Assembly: GCA_051875105.1 (NCBI GenBank) | Contig: JBJEGN010000108.1 | Span: 501 to 64,500, forward strand | Length of the DNA: 64,000 nt | Direction of reading: 5' to 3' | From: Candidatus Gastranaerophilaceae bacterium | Lineage (GTDB): Bacteria > Cyanobacteriota > Vampirovibrionia > Gastranaerophilales > Gastranaerophilaceae | In this document: positions 29,780 to 41,063 of the stretch, piece by piece | How the letters are laid out: each line of letters begins with the position of its first letter | Numbering within the stretch: the first letter of the stretch is position 1 | Translations under genes and position numbers: made by a program | The notes under the pieces: generated by a model | Told to the model about the DNA's origin: nothing | What the model saw: the letters and a program-made list of their open reading frames with translations, nothing else | Database searches by the model: none

Positions 29780-30064
29780 CTAAATTGTGTGCATCTTATC
29801 GAAAATAGCCTTCTTTTGAACCCAGATTTCCATTTTCATTTCTTCTCCGGCTTTTGTTAATTTGTCCTTAATTTCATTGAAAGACAAAGATGTACGGCTT
29901 GTTTCAGCAAGCATAAACATTACAAAAAAGTCCTGCATAATCGATTGTTTAATATCCTCGATATTAACTTCACATTCTGCTAAAATCGCCGTAATTTTGG
30001 CAACAATACCGATTTTATCAGCACCGATTATGGTAATTATCATTTTATTATCTTCATTATTCAT
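29780..30064 (-). CDS. ACT domain protein (UPF0237 family)
   Basis: About 90 aa with IITIIGADKIGIVAKIT, an ACT fold pattern. It lies immediately upstream of the UPF0210 gene. Confidence 0.8.
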   Translation of the reverse strand: MNNEDNKMIITIIGADKIGIVAKITAILAECEVNIEDIKQSIMQDFFVMFMLAETSRTSLSFNEIKDKLTKAGEEMKMEIWVQKKAIFDKMHTI

Positions 30065-30152
30065 AAATAAACTCCGTTTTTATAAACAATATTATCATAC
30101 TTATTTTTATATTGTCGATAATTTATTAAATACAGCTTTTCTAAACACAAAT

Positions 30153-30179
30153 CAGCAGCCAAAAATATTTCGGCTGCCG
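30153..30179 (-). terminator. putative terminator after the 5'-nucleotidase gene
   Basis: GCAGCC/GGCTGC stem (30155-30160/30172-30177). The T-run is weak. Confidence 0.4.
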
Positions 30180-30201
30180 ATGAAATAAGACGCTTTCTAT
30201 A

Positions 30202-31950
30202 TTAAACAATTTTTATTCTGCCGTCATTCTTGATTTCAACACCGTCAGGTGAATTCTTTATATATTCAACTGCAATATCTTTCAAAGATTCATCAATCAA
30301 TTTTGTTGTCGGCTCATCAATCTTATTCAACATTGTAAATCCGTCTAAACCTTTTGCGATAAACGATGGTAATGCCATTGAATATGTTTTGCTTTCGTCA
30401 GGATTGTTTATGTCAATAAGTACATCTTTTCCGTTTTTGTCCGTTACAAAAAGATTTACCAATTCGCCGCTTTTTGAAACGGAATACTTCATGCCCGCAA
30501 CCTGAACAAGCCCCGGTTTTCCATCTTTTTGAGCAATAGAAGTTGCTGAATATTTCAAAGTTTCAACAAGTTCTTTTTCTGAAACATTAATCAAAGAGAG
30601 TTTATCCGCAAACGGGAAGATTTCGCCAATATCTCTTAATGAAATTTCACCGGGCATAAATGCACCTCTGACGGTTCCTGCATTTACAAGTGCTATATCT
30701 GTGTTATATTTTTGCTTCAAAGCATCTGCCACCATAGACACATGAGGATTTAACTCTTTCAAATTATTGGTTGGAGCAGGTTCTGACGATTTAATATTCC
30801 CTATAATTTCAGGCTTACCCAAAATCTTATTGAATTTGGCATTCATTTTTTGGCTTCTTTCAAGTGAAGCTGTTGATTTAACAATATTTTCAGCCTTAAC
30901 GATTTCATCATCATCATTAAATTCAACATTCAAAATGCCATAATAATTACCGTCACGACCCGCTTGCGTAATTACTGTCGGAGCACCTGTTTTCTTGGAA
31001 ATTATCAAATTTTCTCCGACAGAAACATCTTCTACCAAATCGTGAGAATGTCCGCCTACAATAATATCTATACCCTCAACGGATTTTGCAATATCTATGT
31101 CGTTTTCATAGCCGATGTGAGATAAAACGATAATTCTGTTGACACCTTTTTCTTTGTAATCGTCAATTTGCTGTTGCAAATATTTTTTAGTTTCTTCTTT
31201 TTGTTCAATTTCCAAACCGTCAAACAATTCTTTATTGGAAGAACGCATAGCCAAATCAAACGGCATCAACGCAATAATTCCGTATTTGTTTTTATCGGAA
31301 TCTTCTTGAACATAAGAATCAATAATTCTGTTATACAATTTATGGGATTTATCCATTTCAGCATTAGAACCCATTATTTTATACAAAGCATGTTTTGTTG
31401 AAGCAAGGAAATCCCCCATATTTTGGTCAACTTCGTGATTTCCGACAACACTTGCCATAAAATTGTTAGCATTCAGAAACGAATTAGCAGCCTTATTAAC
31501 ATTTACGTTTGAACCCAACATAATGTCGCCTGCGGAAAGTTTCAGTTTATCAACATAAGACGGCATAAGTCTATCAAAATCAGTAGATGCGGTTGTAATT
31601 CTTTCCATATTTGACAATCTGCCATGAATATCATTTACATAAAAAATACTCGTAACATTGCCCTTTTTACCTGCCTGCATCGTTTGGCTTATCATCGGGT
31701 TTTCCTGTTTAGTATCAAGGTTTTTCATAGTCTTATCAGAGTCTTTTATGCAAGAAAGTGAAGGCTTGCAAAAAGTCGCTAATGCCAAACCAGCACCGAC
31801 TCTTGCTAATTTTTGTTCAATTTTTTGAGGAACAGTCTGTTTTTCAACAGTTTTCTGTCCGTTAACTCCTTGATTTTGAATTTTCGGCGAAATCCATGTT
31901 TTGATTCCGCTAACATCGTAGTGAATACTCATTTTCTCTCTTTTAAACAC
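30202..31950 (-). CDS. bifunctional metallophosphatase/5'-nucleotidase, membrane-anchored
   Basis: Calcineurin-like motifs VNDIHGR, GDIMLGS, GNHEVD and GGHSH, plus a C-terminal 5'-nucleotidase domain. A polar ~45-aa N-terminus precedes a hydrophobic anchor. The start could instead be at 31932. Confidence 0.78.
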   Translation of the reverse strand: MFKREKMSIHYDVSGIKTWISPKIQNQGVNGQKTVEKQTVPQKIEQKLARVGAGLALATFCKPSLSCIKDSDKTMKNLDTKQENPMISQTMQAGKKGNVTSIFYVNDIHGRLSNMERITTASTDFDRLMPSYVDKLKLSAGDIMLGSNVNVNKAANSFLNANNFMASVVGNHEVDQNMGDFLASTKHALYKIMGSNAEMDKSHKLYNRIIDSYVQEDSDKNKYGIIALMPFDLAMRSSNKELFDGLEIEQKEETKKYLQQQIDDYKEKGVNRIIVLSHIGYENDIDIAKSVEGIDIIVGGHSHDLVEDVSVGENLIISKKTGAPTVITQAGRDGNYYGILNVEFNDDDEIVKAENIVKSTASLERSQKMNAKFNKILGKPEIIGNIKSSEPAPTNNLKELNPHVSMVADALKQKYNTDIALVNAGTVRGAFMPGEISLRDIGEIFPFADKLSLINVSEKELVETLKYSATSIAQKDGKPGLVQVAGMKYSVSKSGELVNLFVTDKNGKDVLIDINNPDESKTYSMALPSFIAKGLDGFTMLNKIDEPTTKLIDESLKDIAVEYIKNSPDGVEIKNDGRIKIV

Positions 31951-32039
31951 ACTGTCTAAGCTAATTTATAGTATCAAATAAAAAAAGTTTTTCAATTCTC
32001 TTTTAATATTTTGAAACAAATTCCTTGCGGTAAAGACGG

Positions 32040-32861
32040 TTAATCACCTTTTTGCTTTTCACCATCTTTATTTGCCTCGTGGATTAAAACCCCGACAGCA
32101 GGTCCCATAACACCCAAAGTACCGACCGCTATGCCAGCAATTCCTTTATTAAAGTTGTCATTTGCCTCGTTGCGTTCTTCCTCTGTTTTGTAAGTACAAG
32201 AACCTATAAAATTACCGCTTTCATCATAAACATTAAAGGTTTTTCCATCTTCTGCAAGTTCGACATAATCACCGTTTTTTGCAGTTGTTTCTTCAAATTT
32301 TTGACCGATTTTAACTTGAGCAGAATTGTGTTCGGACTTTGTTTCAAGGTCAAAAGAATTCACCGCCTCATAAACGTTTTTGTATTTATTTGCTTTAGAC
32401 AAATTATTAGAAGCTCTTTCTCGAGATACATCATAGAATGTCAAAATGCCGTCATCTGAAATGTCAGAAGCTTTATAATTTCTCTCACCTTCTGTCATTT
32501 CACCCGTACAAGAAACTTTATTTGCCGTATACAAATCAGAAACTTTATTGTTCATCGCTTCATCAACAGCAGCTTCTATTTCCGTTGAAGCAACTGCCAC
32601 TTCCGCTTGCTGAGAAACTGATGTTTGATTTTCGGGAATATTATTTTCATTCGCCTTAGCTGGTGCTGCTTTTGCCCCTGTCGCAATACCTGCCGCAAGA
32701 ATAACGCCTAACGCAATACCTTTCAATGCATTTGCAGCCTTTGAAGAACAATGTTCTTTTAATTGCGGCTTCACTTCCGCCTGCGGTTTATTTTCTTTTA
32801 CAGCTTTTGTTTCTCTTAAATTCGATTGAGAATTCATCCCATTTAAATTAATTTTGTCCAT
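32040..32861 (-). CDS. hypothetical membrane-anchored protein
   Basis: 273-aa ORF with a polar N-terminus (MDKINLNGMNSQSNL), a TM segment (GIALGVILAAGIATG) and a second hydrophobic segment near the C-terminus. Confidence 0.5.
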   Translation of the reverse strand: MDKINLNGMNSQSNLRETKAVKENKPQAEVKPQLKEHCSSKAANALKGIALGVILAAGIATGAKAAPAKANENNIPENQTSVSQQAEVAVASTEIEAAVDEAMNNKVSDLYTANKVSCTGEMTEGERNYKASDISDDGILTFYDVSRERASNNLSKANKYKNVYEAVNSFDLETKSEHNSAQVKIGQKFEETTAKNGDYVELAEDGKTFNVYDESGNFIGSCTYKTEEERNEANDNFNKGIAGIAVGTLGVMGPAVGVLIHEANKDGEKQKGD

Positions 32862-32964
32862 ACGTCAAATCTTCACTACACTCTCTCAACTTTTATGTCG
32901 ACCAAAATTTCAAAAAATTAAATTTTTCAACAAAATGTTTACAATACTTAATAATCAGAGATAC

Positions 32965-33642
32965 TTACAAAAGTGAATAAATCGCAAAATAGTGCATTAT
33001 TGCACCTGCCAAAACGAACAGATGCCATATTGCGTGCATATATTTTTTATCCTTCATGTAAAAAACACTTCCCAAAGTATATGCTAAACCACCTGCAAGC
33101 AAGTACCAAAATGCTTCTTTTGAAACATTCCAAAGAGAATAAAATAAAAATGCCGACATCCAACCCATTAATATGTATAAACCTGTCGACAAGCCCTTAA
33201 ATTTAAGTGTTAAACAAGAAAAAACAATACCTGTCACCGCAAGATACCAAACTATAGCCATAATAATTACGGAATATGGAAAATCAACAACAAGCATTAA
33301 TAACGGAGTATAAGTTCCTGCTATCAAAAGATAAATCGCACTGTGATCAATTTTACGAAAAACTTTTTTAGCTGTTTCATTAGTCATAGCATGATAACAG
33401 GTCGAAGACTGAAACAAAATAAACAACATCGCTCCATAAACAGCTGTAGTCGCAGCTTCCAAAGGAGAAGAAGAATGTACGGCAAGCATTACTATCGCAT
33501 ATATCGCAAACATCGCCCCTAAAGCATGAGAAAATGCGTTAAAAAACTCCTCTTTGGGAGTATATTTTTTGCCCTCTTGAACAATAGTAGGCTTTGTCAA
33601 ATCATTATCATATGTTTTTTCTGTTGTTTCTGCTAAATTCAT
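32965..33642 (-). CDS. hemolysin III / PAQR-family membrane protein
   Basis: 7-TM layout with conserved HAxxH-type motifs (FSHALGA, CYHAM, AIWHLFVLAGAIMHY). Confidence 0.85.
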   Translation of the reverse strand: MNLAETTEKTYDNDLTKPTIVQEGKKYTPKEEFFNAFSHALGAMFAIYAIVMLAVHSSSPLEAATTAVYGAMLFILFQSSTCYHAMTNETAKKVFRKIDHSAIYLLIAGTYTPLLMLVVDFPYSVIIMAIVWYLAVTGIVFSCLTLKFKGLSTGLYILMGWMSAFLFYSLWNVSKEAFWYLLAGGLAYTLGSVFYMKDKKYMHAIWHLFVLAGAIMHYFAIYSLL

Positions 33643-33726
33643 ATCACTCTCATTTATCGTTTTATATTAAATTTAAGTCAATTTTAGCACAAAAAGAAAA
33701 GATAAACAATAAATTCTTCAAACAAA

Positions 33727-34410
33727 TCAAATACGTAACAAATATAATAAAACAGGAATAATGACTGCTGTAATTATTCCAACGGTCACAAGAGCTAAAG
33801 TACTCATCACTACCTGCTTTTCACGACCTTGTTCAAGACATTTTGCAGTCCCGATAACATGACTTGCCGCCCCAATTGCAAGACCTATTGCAATATCATT
33901 TTTGACTTTTAAAAATTTCAAAATTTTATGACCGGTTAAAGCTCCAAAAACACCGGTTAAAACCACTGTACAAATTGTAAATTCCGGAATCCCTCCGGAA
34001 GTTTTTGATATTTCAATAGCAATTGGAGCCGTAACAGATTTAGGTAACATTGAAATCAAAACATTCATATCTACATTACAAAATTTTCCAACAATATAAG
34101 TTGCAATTACTGCACAAAACGCAGCCAAAAAAAACATGGGATAAATAACTCTTTTATTTTTAGAGAGAATTTTAATATTTTTATACAATGGATATCCAAG
34201 AGCAACTGTCGCTGGCATTAACAAAAAGGTTAACCAAGATGCACTTTCATTATATTTTTCAAAATCAATATGAAAAGCAGACAACATAATTATAATTAGT
34301 ATTCCTGAAATCAACATAGGCGGAAAATACTTTAAAAAAGGTAAATTTTTATATTTTTCCGCAATTTTATATAGAGAAACGCTCAAAACAAACCCAAAAG
34401 GACTAATCAT
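33727..34410 (-). CDS. lrgB: LrgB/CidB-family membrane protein
   Basis: 227-aa multi-pass membrane protein immediately downstream of, and overlapping, an LrgA-like gene. PKSVTAPIA motif. Confidence 0.82.
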   Translation of the reverse strand: MISPFGFVLSVSLYKIAEKYKNLPFLKYFPPMLISGILIIIMLSAFHIDFEKYNESASWLTFLLMPATVALGYPLYKNIKILSKNKRVIYPMFFLAAFCAVIATYIVGKFCNVDMNVLISMLPKSVTAPIAIEISKTSGGIPEFTICTVVLTGVFGALTGHKILKFLKVKNDIAIGLAIGAASHVIGTAKCLEQGREKQVVMSTLALVTVGIITAVIIPVLLYLLRI

Positions 34411-34795
34411 GATGCCCCCTTTTTATCTTCCAAAGTCTGACAAATTTAATTCCGTATTCTACCAAAAGTCCCGTAAAAACAATTGTAAAAATCGTTGTTA
34501 TCAAAACAACAAGTAATATCGGTATAAAATTTTTCATCAAAAACGATTTATAAACACTCAGACCTACCACAAACGGAACGAAAAGAAGAGCCATGTTTTT
34601 TAGTAAAAAATTAACACTTAATTCAATCCATTCCTCTTTTATAATTCCAATGATTAAAGATAAAGCAAACAAAATTAAGCCCAAAACGGCAGCCGGAAAT
34701 TTGATATTAAATATTTTCACAATAAAAAAACTCAAATAATAAAAAATAAATAATATAGTAAATCCTAATAAAAATTTAAAAAAATTCTTCATCAT
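34403..34795 (-). CDS. lrgA: CidA/LrgA-family holin-like protein
   Basis: 130 aa with four TM helices. 8-nt overlap with lrgB. Confidence 0.78.
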   Translation of the reverse strand: MMKNFFKFLLGFTILFIFYYLSFFIVKIFNIKFPAAVLGLILFALSLIIGIIKEEWIELSVNFLLKNMALLFVPFVVGLSVYKSFLMKNFIPILLVVLITTIFTIVFTGLLVEYGIKFVRLWKIKRGHHD

Positions 34796-34864
34796 AACAA
34801 ATAAAATTTATCACAAAAACGCAACTCATTTGCAAAAATTTTAAGCCTGTTTTACCATGTTAAA

Positions 34865-35416
34865 ATGGACGAAAAAATTATACAATACATTAAAAATTCA
34901 ATGATAAATAACAAAGTATGCCGATTTTCCAAAAATATTATAAAATTTTATATCTCAAAAATTTCAGCACCACTTTCTGACAACGAAAAATATAAATACT
35001 ATAAAATAATAGAAACTGCCGCCTATACATATAATGCTCTCGGAATATTCCGATACGAAAACACTCAAAATCCAGCCGATGCAGAAATTATCGTAAATTG
35101 GGTCAAAACCGGTAGAGTCTTTGAAGGAATGTGCAAATATCGAAGTATAGTCGCCTCAGAAATCAAGGCAATTACCATCGAAATAGGCCTTCCTAATCCA
35201 TTATCACCAAAAATAATTACAGATGAATCAATTAAGCACGCAGCAATTCACGAATTCGGGCATGCTGCAGGACTCGGACATGGAACAGACCCTAATGACA
35301 TTATGTTTGTACCTCATACAAGAACTTTATTTAAACTAAGTCAAAACGACACTGAAGTTTTGAAAATTTTATACAAAAATCCAATCGGAACAAATTTCAA
35401 CGATATAAAATACTAA
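34865..35416 (+). CDS. matrixin-like zinc metalloprotease
   Basis: HEFGHAAGLGH (HExxHxxGxxH) zinc-binding motif, 183 aa. Confidence 0.7.
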   Translation: MDEKIIQYIKNSMINNKVCRFSKNIIKFYISKISAPLSDNEKYKYYKIIETAAYTYNALGIFRYENTQNPADAEIIVNWVKTGRVFEGMCKYRSIVASEIKAITIEIGLPNPLSPKIITDESIKHAAIHEFGHAAGLGHGTDPNDIMFVPHTRTLFKLSQNDTEVLKILYKNPIGTNFNDIKY

Positions 35417-35625
35417 AACAACGTATTTTCCCCTAATAAAAAGATAAAAAATGTGTATGAGGTTATAAGACACAAAACAAAGTAAAAACACTCCACGAAC
35501 AAATAAAAAGCTTGTTTAAAGCTAAAACCTCTTATATTACAAACTATTAAAGATGTGTTAAAAAGTTGCCAATATGCAAAATTATATGTATCCTAAACAA
35601 TAAGGGGTAGTATAGGAGAGTGAAC

Positions 35626-37299
35626 ATGGAACAAGGTAAGAATGGTTTTTACCTTGAATTGCTTAATGTTTTAAAACAAGATTCAAAAAAAAGATTTTAT
35701 GCTGATAATGGCGATTTATTGAGGAATAAAGTAGCTGAATGTGCTATGAATTTGGATAAGGGTTTAATCAAATTACTTTTATCCAATGACAAGGTCAAAA
35801 ACAAATTTTTCACTAAAGTAGATGACCTGCTAATTTTTGATAAAATGGCTTTTATTTGGGCTGTTAACAACAAAGCTTTCCTAAAAGATTCTTATACAAG
35901 ATTCAAGAACAATATTGGCTTAATTGACGGTCACGAGCAGTTCTTATCGTCAAAAAATGATGTTGTTTTATCTTTTCCATACAAAGACTGTATTTTAGAG
36001 GGTGGACAAACAAAAGAAGATCAAAAAAGGCAGGAAATATATTATAATGAATTGCTTGCTCCTGATGATATAGATAAGCTTTTAGCCCCTAAAGTATTTA
36101 CAAACGCCAAAAGATATACAAAAAATGGAATACAAAATAATATTACAGATTTTAATGATAAAGATAATCTTTTGATAAAAGGTAACAATTTACTTGCTTT
36201 ATCATCAATTCTAAAAAGGTATGAAGGTAAAGTTAAATGTATTTACATCGATCCTCCGTTTAATACCGACAAGGATTCTTTTAAGTATAATGATAGTTTT
36301 AATCAATCAACGTGGTTAGTTTTTATGAAAAATCGATTAGAACTTGCAAAAAAATTATTAGCAAATAATGGTAGTATATTAGTACATTTGGATTTTAACG
36401 AAAGTCATTATTGTAAAATTTTAATGGACGAAATCTTTGGAAAAGATAATTTTAAAAATAATATTGTATGGTGTTACACAGGACCTGCAGGTGCAACTGA
36501 TTTTTTACCACGAAAGCATGATGATATTTTATTTTACGGAAAGACAAAAGAATCTAAAATAAAGATGCCATATATTACACACAAAAGTGGAGTTCATAAT
36601 ACTGGACAGTTATTTGGAAGTACAGAAACTAACAAAACTTTTAAAGAAGAAATTGAAGCAAGAGGTAAAAAATTAGAAGACTGGTGGATTGATATTTACT
36701 CTACAGATAGGTATCGAAGAGAATTAGTTGGTTTTTCCGGTCAAAAACCTGAAAAATTGTTACAGCGTGTTATTGAAATGTGTACTGATGAACAAGACAT
36801 CGTTTTGGATTTCCATTTTGGAACAGGGACGACGGGGGCTGTCGCCCAAAAAATAAATCGACAATGGATTGGAATTGAACAATTAAACTACGGAGAGATA
36901 GATAGTGTCAAAAGGATAGAAAAGGTTATAAAGGGTGATACCACCGGAATATCAAAAGACGTAAACTGGCAAGGTGGTGGAAGTTTTGTTTACTGTGAAC
37001 TTAAAGAATTGAATCAAAAATTTGTCGATGAAATTAAAATTGCAAATGATAAAAAACTGAATGAACTTTATAATTCAATCATAAATTCTGAATTTATAAG
37101 CTATAAGGCAGAGATAAACAAACTGAAAGACAGTGAACAAGAATTTGAACAACTTTCAATAGATGATAAAAAGAAATTTTTAATTGAAGTATTAGACAAA
37201 AATATGCTTTATGTAAACTATTGTGATATTGATGATAATGATTTTGAAATTACAGAACAAGAAAAAGCATTTACAAAAAGTTTTTATGGAGATAAGTAA
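35626..37299 (+). CDS. mod: Type III restriction-modification system methyltransferase (Mod, N6-adenine)
   Basis: Motif IV IYIDPPFNT lies upstream of motif I VLDFHFGTGTTG, which is the beta-class order. It sits immediately upstream of a Res helicase-nuclease gene, and an AGGAG RBS precedes the ATG at 35626. Confidence 0.85.
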   Translation: MEQGKNGFYLELLNVLKQDSKKRFYADNGDLLRNKVAECAMNLDKGLIKLLLSNDKVKNKFFTKVDDLLIFDKMAFIWAVNNKAFLKDSYTRFKNNIGLIDGHEQFLSSKNDVVLSFPYKDCILEGGQTKEDQKRQEIYYNELLAPDDIDKLLAPKVFTNAKRYTKNGIQNNITDFNDKDNLLIKGNNLLALSSILKRYEGKVKCIYIDPPFNTDKDSFKYNDSFNQSTWLVFMKNRLELAKKLLANNGSILVHLDFNESHYCKILMDEIFGKDNFKNNIVWCYTGPAGATDFLPRKHDDILFYGKTKESKIKMPYITHKSGVHNTGQLFGSTETNKTFKEEIEARGKKLEDWWIDIYSTDRYRRELVGFSGQKPEKLLQRVIEMCTDEQDIVLDFHFGTGTTGAVAQKINRQWIGIEQLNYGEIDSVKRIEKVIKGDTTGISKDVNWQGGGSFVYCELKELNQKFVDEIKIANDKKLNELYNSIINSEFISYKAEINKLKDSEQEFEQLSIDDKKKFLIEVLDKNMLYVNYCDIDDNDFEITEQEKAFTKSFYGDK

Positions 37300-39888
37300 A
37301 TGACTTTTTTATATGAAAAATTAGACACTTTAAATTCTGCAGGCTTTTGTAAAGAATTTTCTAAATTTATTGAAGAAAATCTAACCACATCACTTGAACT
37401 GCGTGCATACCAGAAAAAAGCTTTTCAGAACTTTGTAACATACTACGAAAACGATAATTTGCGTAATCAAGATAAAAACTATCCTCTACAAGTTCTATTC
37501 CACATGGCAACAGGTAGTGGAAAAACTGTCATTATGGCAGGATTAATCATTTATTTGTATAGTCGTGGATATAGAAATTTTTTATTCTTTGTAAATTCAG
37601 ACAACATTATAAAAAAAACAAAAGAAAATTTCTTAAATGCAACATCATCAAAATATCTTTTCAATAATTCTATCAATATTGACGGAACTTATATAAAAAT
37701 CCGAGAAGTCGATAATTTTCAAGATACAAATGCAGATGATATAAATATATGTTTCACTACAATTCAAGGATTACATACAAAACTAACTACAATATATGAA
37801 AATAGTATTACTTTTGATGATTTCAGAGATAAAAAAGTGGTATTTATTGCAGATGAGGCTCATCACCTAAATGTAGAAACACGCAAAAAAGGGAAAACCA
37901 ATGTTAATGAACCAAATTGGGAGAATACAGTTGGTACTATTTTAAAATCAAATGTAGATAATGTTCTTTTGGAATTTACGGCTACATGTGATTTAGAAAA
38001 TCAAAACATCAAACAAGCTTATGAAAATAAAATTATTATGGATTATTCCCTTAAAAATTTTAGGAATGACAAATATTCAAAAGAAGTTGAAACCTTATCT
38101 GTTGGTTTAAATTTAGATGATAGAGTTATTCAAGCTGTTTTACTAAATCAATATAGGTTAAAACTCTTTCAGAAAAACAAACTAACAATAAAACCAGTTA
38201 TTATGTTTAAACATAAAACTGTAAAAGAAAGTTCGGACTACAAAAAACATTTCCATGAACTGATAACAAATTTAACCCCTCAAAGAATACAACACATCCG
38301 AGATTTATCTACTGCTCCAATTGTGCAAAAGATGTTTTCATTTTTTGATAAAGAAACAACTTTTGAAAATCTTATTTATGAGATAAAACAAGATTTTGCA
38401 GAGGACAAATGCGCTTCTGCTAATGAAGAAAAAGACGTCAAAAATTTACAAATACAAATCAACACTTTAGAAGATAGAAACAATCTTATAAGATGTGTTT
38501 TTGCTGTAAATAAGCTAAATGAGGGTTGGGATGTTCTAAATTTATTTGACATTGTAAGACTATATGAAACCCGAAGTGCAAAGCCTGACGGAACACCCGA
38601 AAAACAAACCATTCAAGAAGCCCAACTAATTGGAAGAGGTGCAAGATACTGTCCTTTTGTTTTACCCAATTATGAAGATAAATTCAGACGTAAATTTGAC
38701 AGCGATTTAAATAACGAATTACGAATTTGCGAAACTCTTTATTATCACTGCCAACATAATCCTTTATATATAAGAGAATTACGCAGAGCAATGCAAGATA
38801 TTGGATTACAAGATTCAAATACCAAAACAATTACATACGAACTTAAAGAAAGCTTCAAACAAACTGAAATATACAATAATGGTGTAGTTTTTGAAAATTC
38901 TCAACAAATAAAAAATTCTAATGATTTAACAGAAGATTTTCCTTACCTAAAAGATAAACCAATAAACATCCTACTTCCAAGTGGAGAAAGCACATCGATA
39001 GTTTTATTGGATGATACAAATAACAAAGATAAAGAATTAAGTGTTGCAAAATATTCAACTGAAATTCTTTTCAAAAATATTGATTATAGAATTTTACATA
39101 AAGCATTAAGAAAATACGATAACTTAGCCTTTAACAAATTAAAAGGAAAATACGAAAAATTACAATCTACAAAAGAATTTTTAACAGATGATAAGTACTT
39201 AGGTAACATCAAAATTATCATAAACTCTAAACAAAAAGAAGATGAAATCACTCAAAATCAATATTTTTATGCCACTAAAAACGTTCTTAATAAAGTGTCA
39301 ACATTAATTATGCAAAAAGACAATAAATATATTGGAACTAAGGATTTCAAAGCTAAAAAGCTAAAAGATATTATTACTGACAAAAAGATACAAATTGCGG
39401 TCAAAGAAAATGACAGTTGTGGGGTATCGCAAAAAGAATGTAATGATGAAGAACTAAGATTAGATTTGTCAAATAAGTCTTGGTTTGTATTTAAAGATAA
39501 TTTTGGAACAACTGAAGAAAAAGCTTTTGTTAAATATTTTGATAGCTTCATTAATAAAATCCAAGACAAATATGATGAAATTCATTTAATTAGAAATGAA
39601 CGTCAGCTAAAATTATTTTCTTTTGATGAAGGAAAACACTTTGAACCCGACTACCTTTTGATTCTTAATAAAAAAGATAGGGAACCTAAATATTACCATG
39701 TATTTATAGAAGTAAAAGGAACGATTTATTTGCAACCAGATAAATGGAAAGAAGATTTTTTGCTACAAATAGAAAAACTTGGAACAATCACAATTGCAGA
39801 TGATGAAAAATATAGAATTATAGGATTACCATTTTTTAATTTAGCAAAACGTTTTGCTCTTTTTGACACAGCTCTCAAAAAGTTTTAA
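37300..39888 (+). CDS. res: Type III restriction enzyme Res subunit (SF2 helicase plus PD-ExK nuclease)
   Basis: Motif I MATGSGKT, motif II ADEAHH, motif III FTAT, a QLIGRGAR motif VI-like segment, and a C-terminal EPDYLL...IEVKG nuclease motif. The start abuts the mod stop. Confidence 0.85.
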   Translation: MTFLYEKLDTLNSAGFCKEFSKFIEENLTTSLELRAYQKKAFQNFVTYYENDNLRNQDKNYPLQVLFHMATGSGKTVIMAGLIIYLYSRGYRNFLFFVNSDNIIKKTKENFLNATSSKYLFNNSINIDGTYIKIREVDNFQDTNADDINICFTTIQGLHTKLTTIYENSITFDDFRDKKVVFIADEAHHLNVETRKKGKTNVNEPNWENTVGTILKSNVDNVLLEFTATCDLENQNIKQAYENKIIMDYSLKNFRNDKYSKEVETLSVGLNLDDRVIQAVLLNQYRLKLFQKNKLTIKPVIMFKHKTVKESSDYKKHFHELITNLTPQRIQHIRDLSTAPIVQKMFSFFDKETTFENLIYEIKQDFAEDKCASANEEKDVKNLQIQINTLEDRNNLIRCVFAVNKLNEGWDVLNLFDIVRLYETRSAKPDGTPEKQTIQEAQLIGRGARYCPFVLPNYEDKFRRKFDSDLNNELRICETLYYHCQHNPLYIRELRRAMQDIGLQDSNTKTITYELKESFKQTEIYNNGVVFENSQQIKNSNDLTEDFPYLKDKPINILLPSGESTSIVLLDDTNNKDKELSVAKYSTEILFKNIDYRILHKALRKYDNLAFNKLKGKYEKLQSTKEFLTDDKYLGNIKIIINSKQKEDEITQNQYFYATKNVLNKVSTLIMQKDNKYIGTKDFKAKKLKDIITDKKIQIAVKENDSCGVSQKECNDEELRLDLSNKSWFVFKDNFGTTEEKAFVKYFDSFINKIQDKYDEIHLIRNERQLKLFSFDEGKHFEPDYLLILNKKDREPKYYHVFIEVKGTIYLQPDKWKEDFLLQIEKLGTITIADDEKYRIIGLPFFNLAKRFALFDTALKKF

Positions 39889-39939
39889 AAAGATGAATGT
39901 TATAAATCTTCAGAGTATAAAAATGTAGCAAATCGAAAA

Positions 39940-40083
39940 CTATTTTTCATATCCATTTTTTGAAAAAATTTCTAAAATTTTAAAACATAGCTTTCGATTA
40001 CCTGTTTCAATACAATAGATATAAGAAGTTGACAATTCAAACAATTCAAAAGATTTTTCTTGAGTTAAAATACTTTTACTCAC
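39940..40083 (-). pseudogene. truncated XRE-type HTH remnant (47 codons, GTG start)
   Basis: Manual translation gives VSKSILTQEKSFELFELSTSYIYCIETGNRKLCFKILEIFSKNGYEK. This matches helices 2-3 of Cro/C1 HTH proteins but lacks helix 1, and an in-frame stop lies two codons upstream. Confidence 0.3.
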
Positions 40084-40325
40084 AGATTTTCAAGTTTTTA
40101 TCCCAATTTTTCGTAATTAATTGTTGTAATAAAATCCTCCGATTATAGGGTTTCTATTTCAACTTAATAAAAAAGATTTTTTATTTTTTTTAAACAAAAT
40201 TTATACTATTTATGATTGTATATTCATTGTTCAAACTCGTAAATTTTTAACAAAAAGAGTTATTCATAAATTCAATTTTATACAACAAAAAAATTTCAAA
40301 CTCTATTTCTCTGTGATTCACAGAA

Positions 40326-40829
40326 TTAGTCATTAACTAAATCTGCCCAATATCCATGATTAAGATTATGATACAAAATTTCATATAGCCTTGTTAATTT
40401 GTAAATATGGTCATCTTCTTTACTTAATTTCTTTGACAAATCACACTCGTATTTACTCTTACATTTATTGCAATTATAAAGTGCTTGCGAACAATCTTGA
40501 TTGTATTTGGTAAAACAGCCTTGTTTCTTCACAAAAATTCTTCTTGCCAAAATACGATGTTTTCTCAACTCTTGCATTGGTCGAATATATCCGTTAAAAT
40601 ATCTGTCAAATTCTTTTAGAAAAAGAGTATCGTCTATGATTGTAAGACATAACCGCTTAGAAAAACCTCGTTTGCAAACATACCTTGGACAAGGAATATC
40701 AATTTTTATATTTTTTACATCAAAATCCCATTTATGTTGCTCATAATCTCTTATCATTCTTCTGAAATAATGAAGATAATCAATTTTTCCAAAATTTTTA
40801 TAAACAGCATGTCTTAATGATGAAACCAT
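40326..40829 (-). CDS. Cys-rich hypothetical protein (orphan)
   Basis: 167-aa ORF with a strong AGGAGG RBS and about ten scattered Cys residues, including C-N-K-C. No family recognised. Confidence 0.5.
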   Translation of the reverse strand: MVSSLRHAVYKNFGKIDYLHYFRRMIRDYEQHKWDFDVKNIKIDIPCPRYVCKRGFSKRLCLTIIDDTLFLKEFDRYFNGYIRPMQELRKHRILARRIFVKKQGCFTKYNQDCSQALYNCNKCKSKYECDLSKKLSKEDDHIYKLTRLYEILYHNLNHGYWADLVND

Positions 40830-41063
40830 ACAAGCCTCCTTTTTATAAATTTTATAAAAAGCAAGACTTATTTTGAAGAAGAATTATTAATAGAATTTAT
40901 ATGAAGCTTAATTTTTATGAAAACTTCCGATTTATATATCAAACTCGTTATACTTTATGTCGAAATTTCTGTTAATAAAAAAATCTCACACAAAAATACT
41001 ATAAAAAATTTTTATTAAATATGGTCTTCGATGAAAACTATACTCTTTAGATTCTCTTAAAAA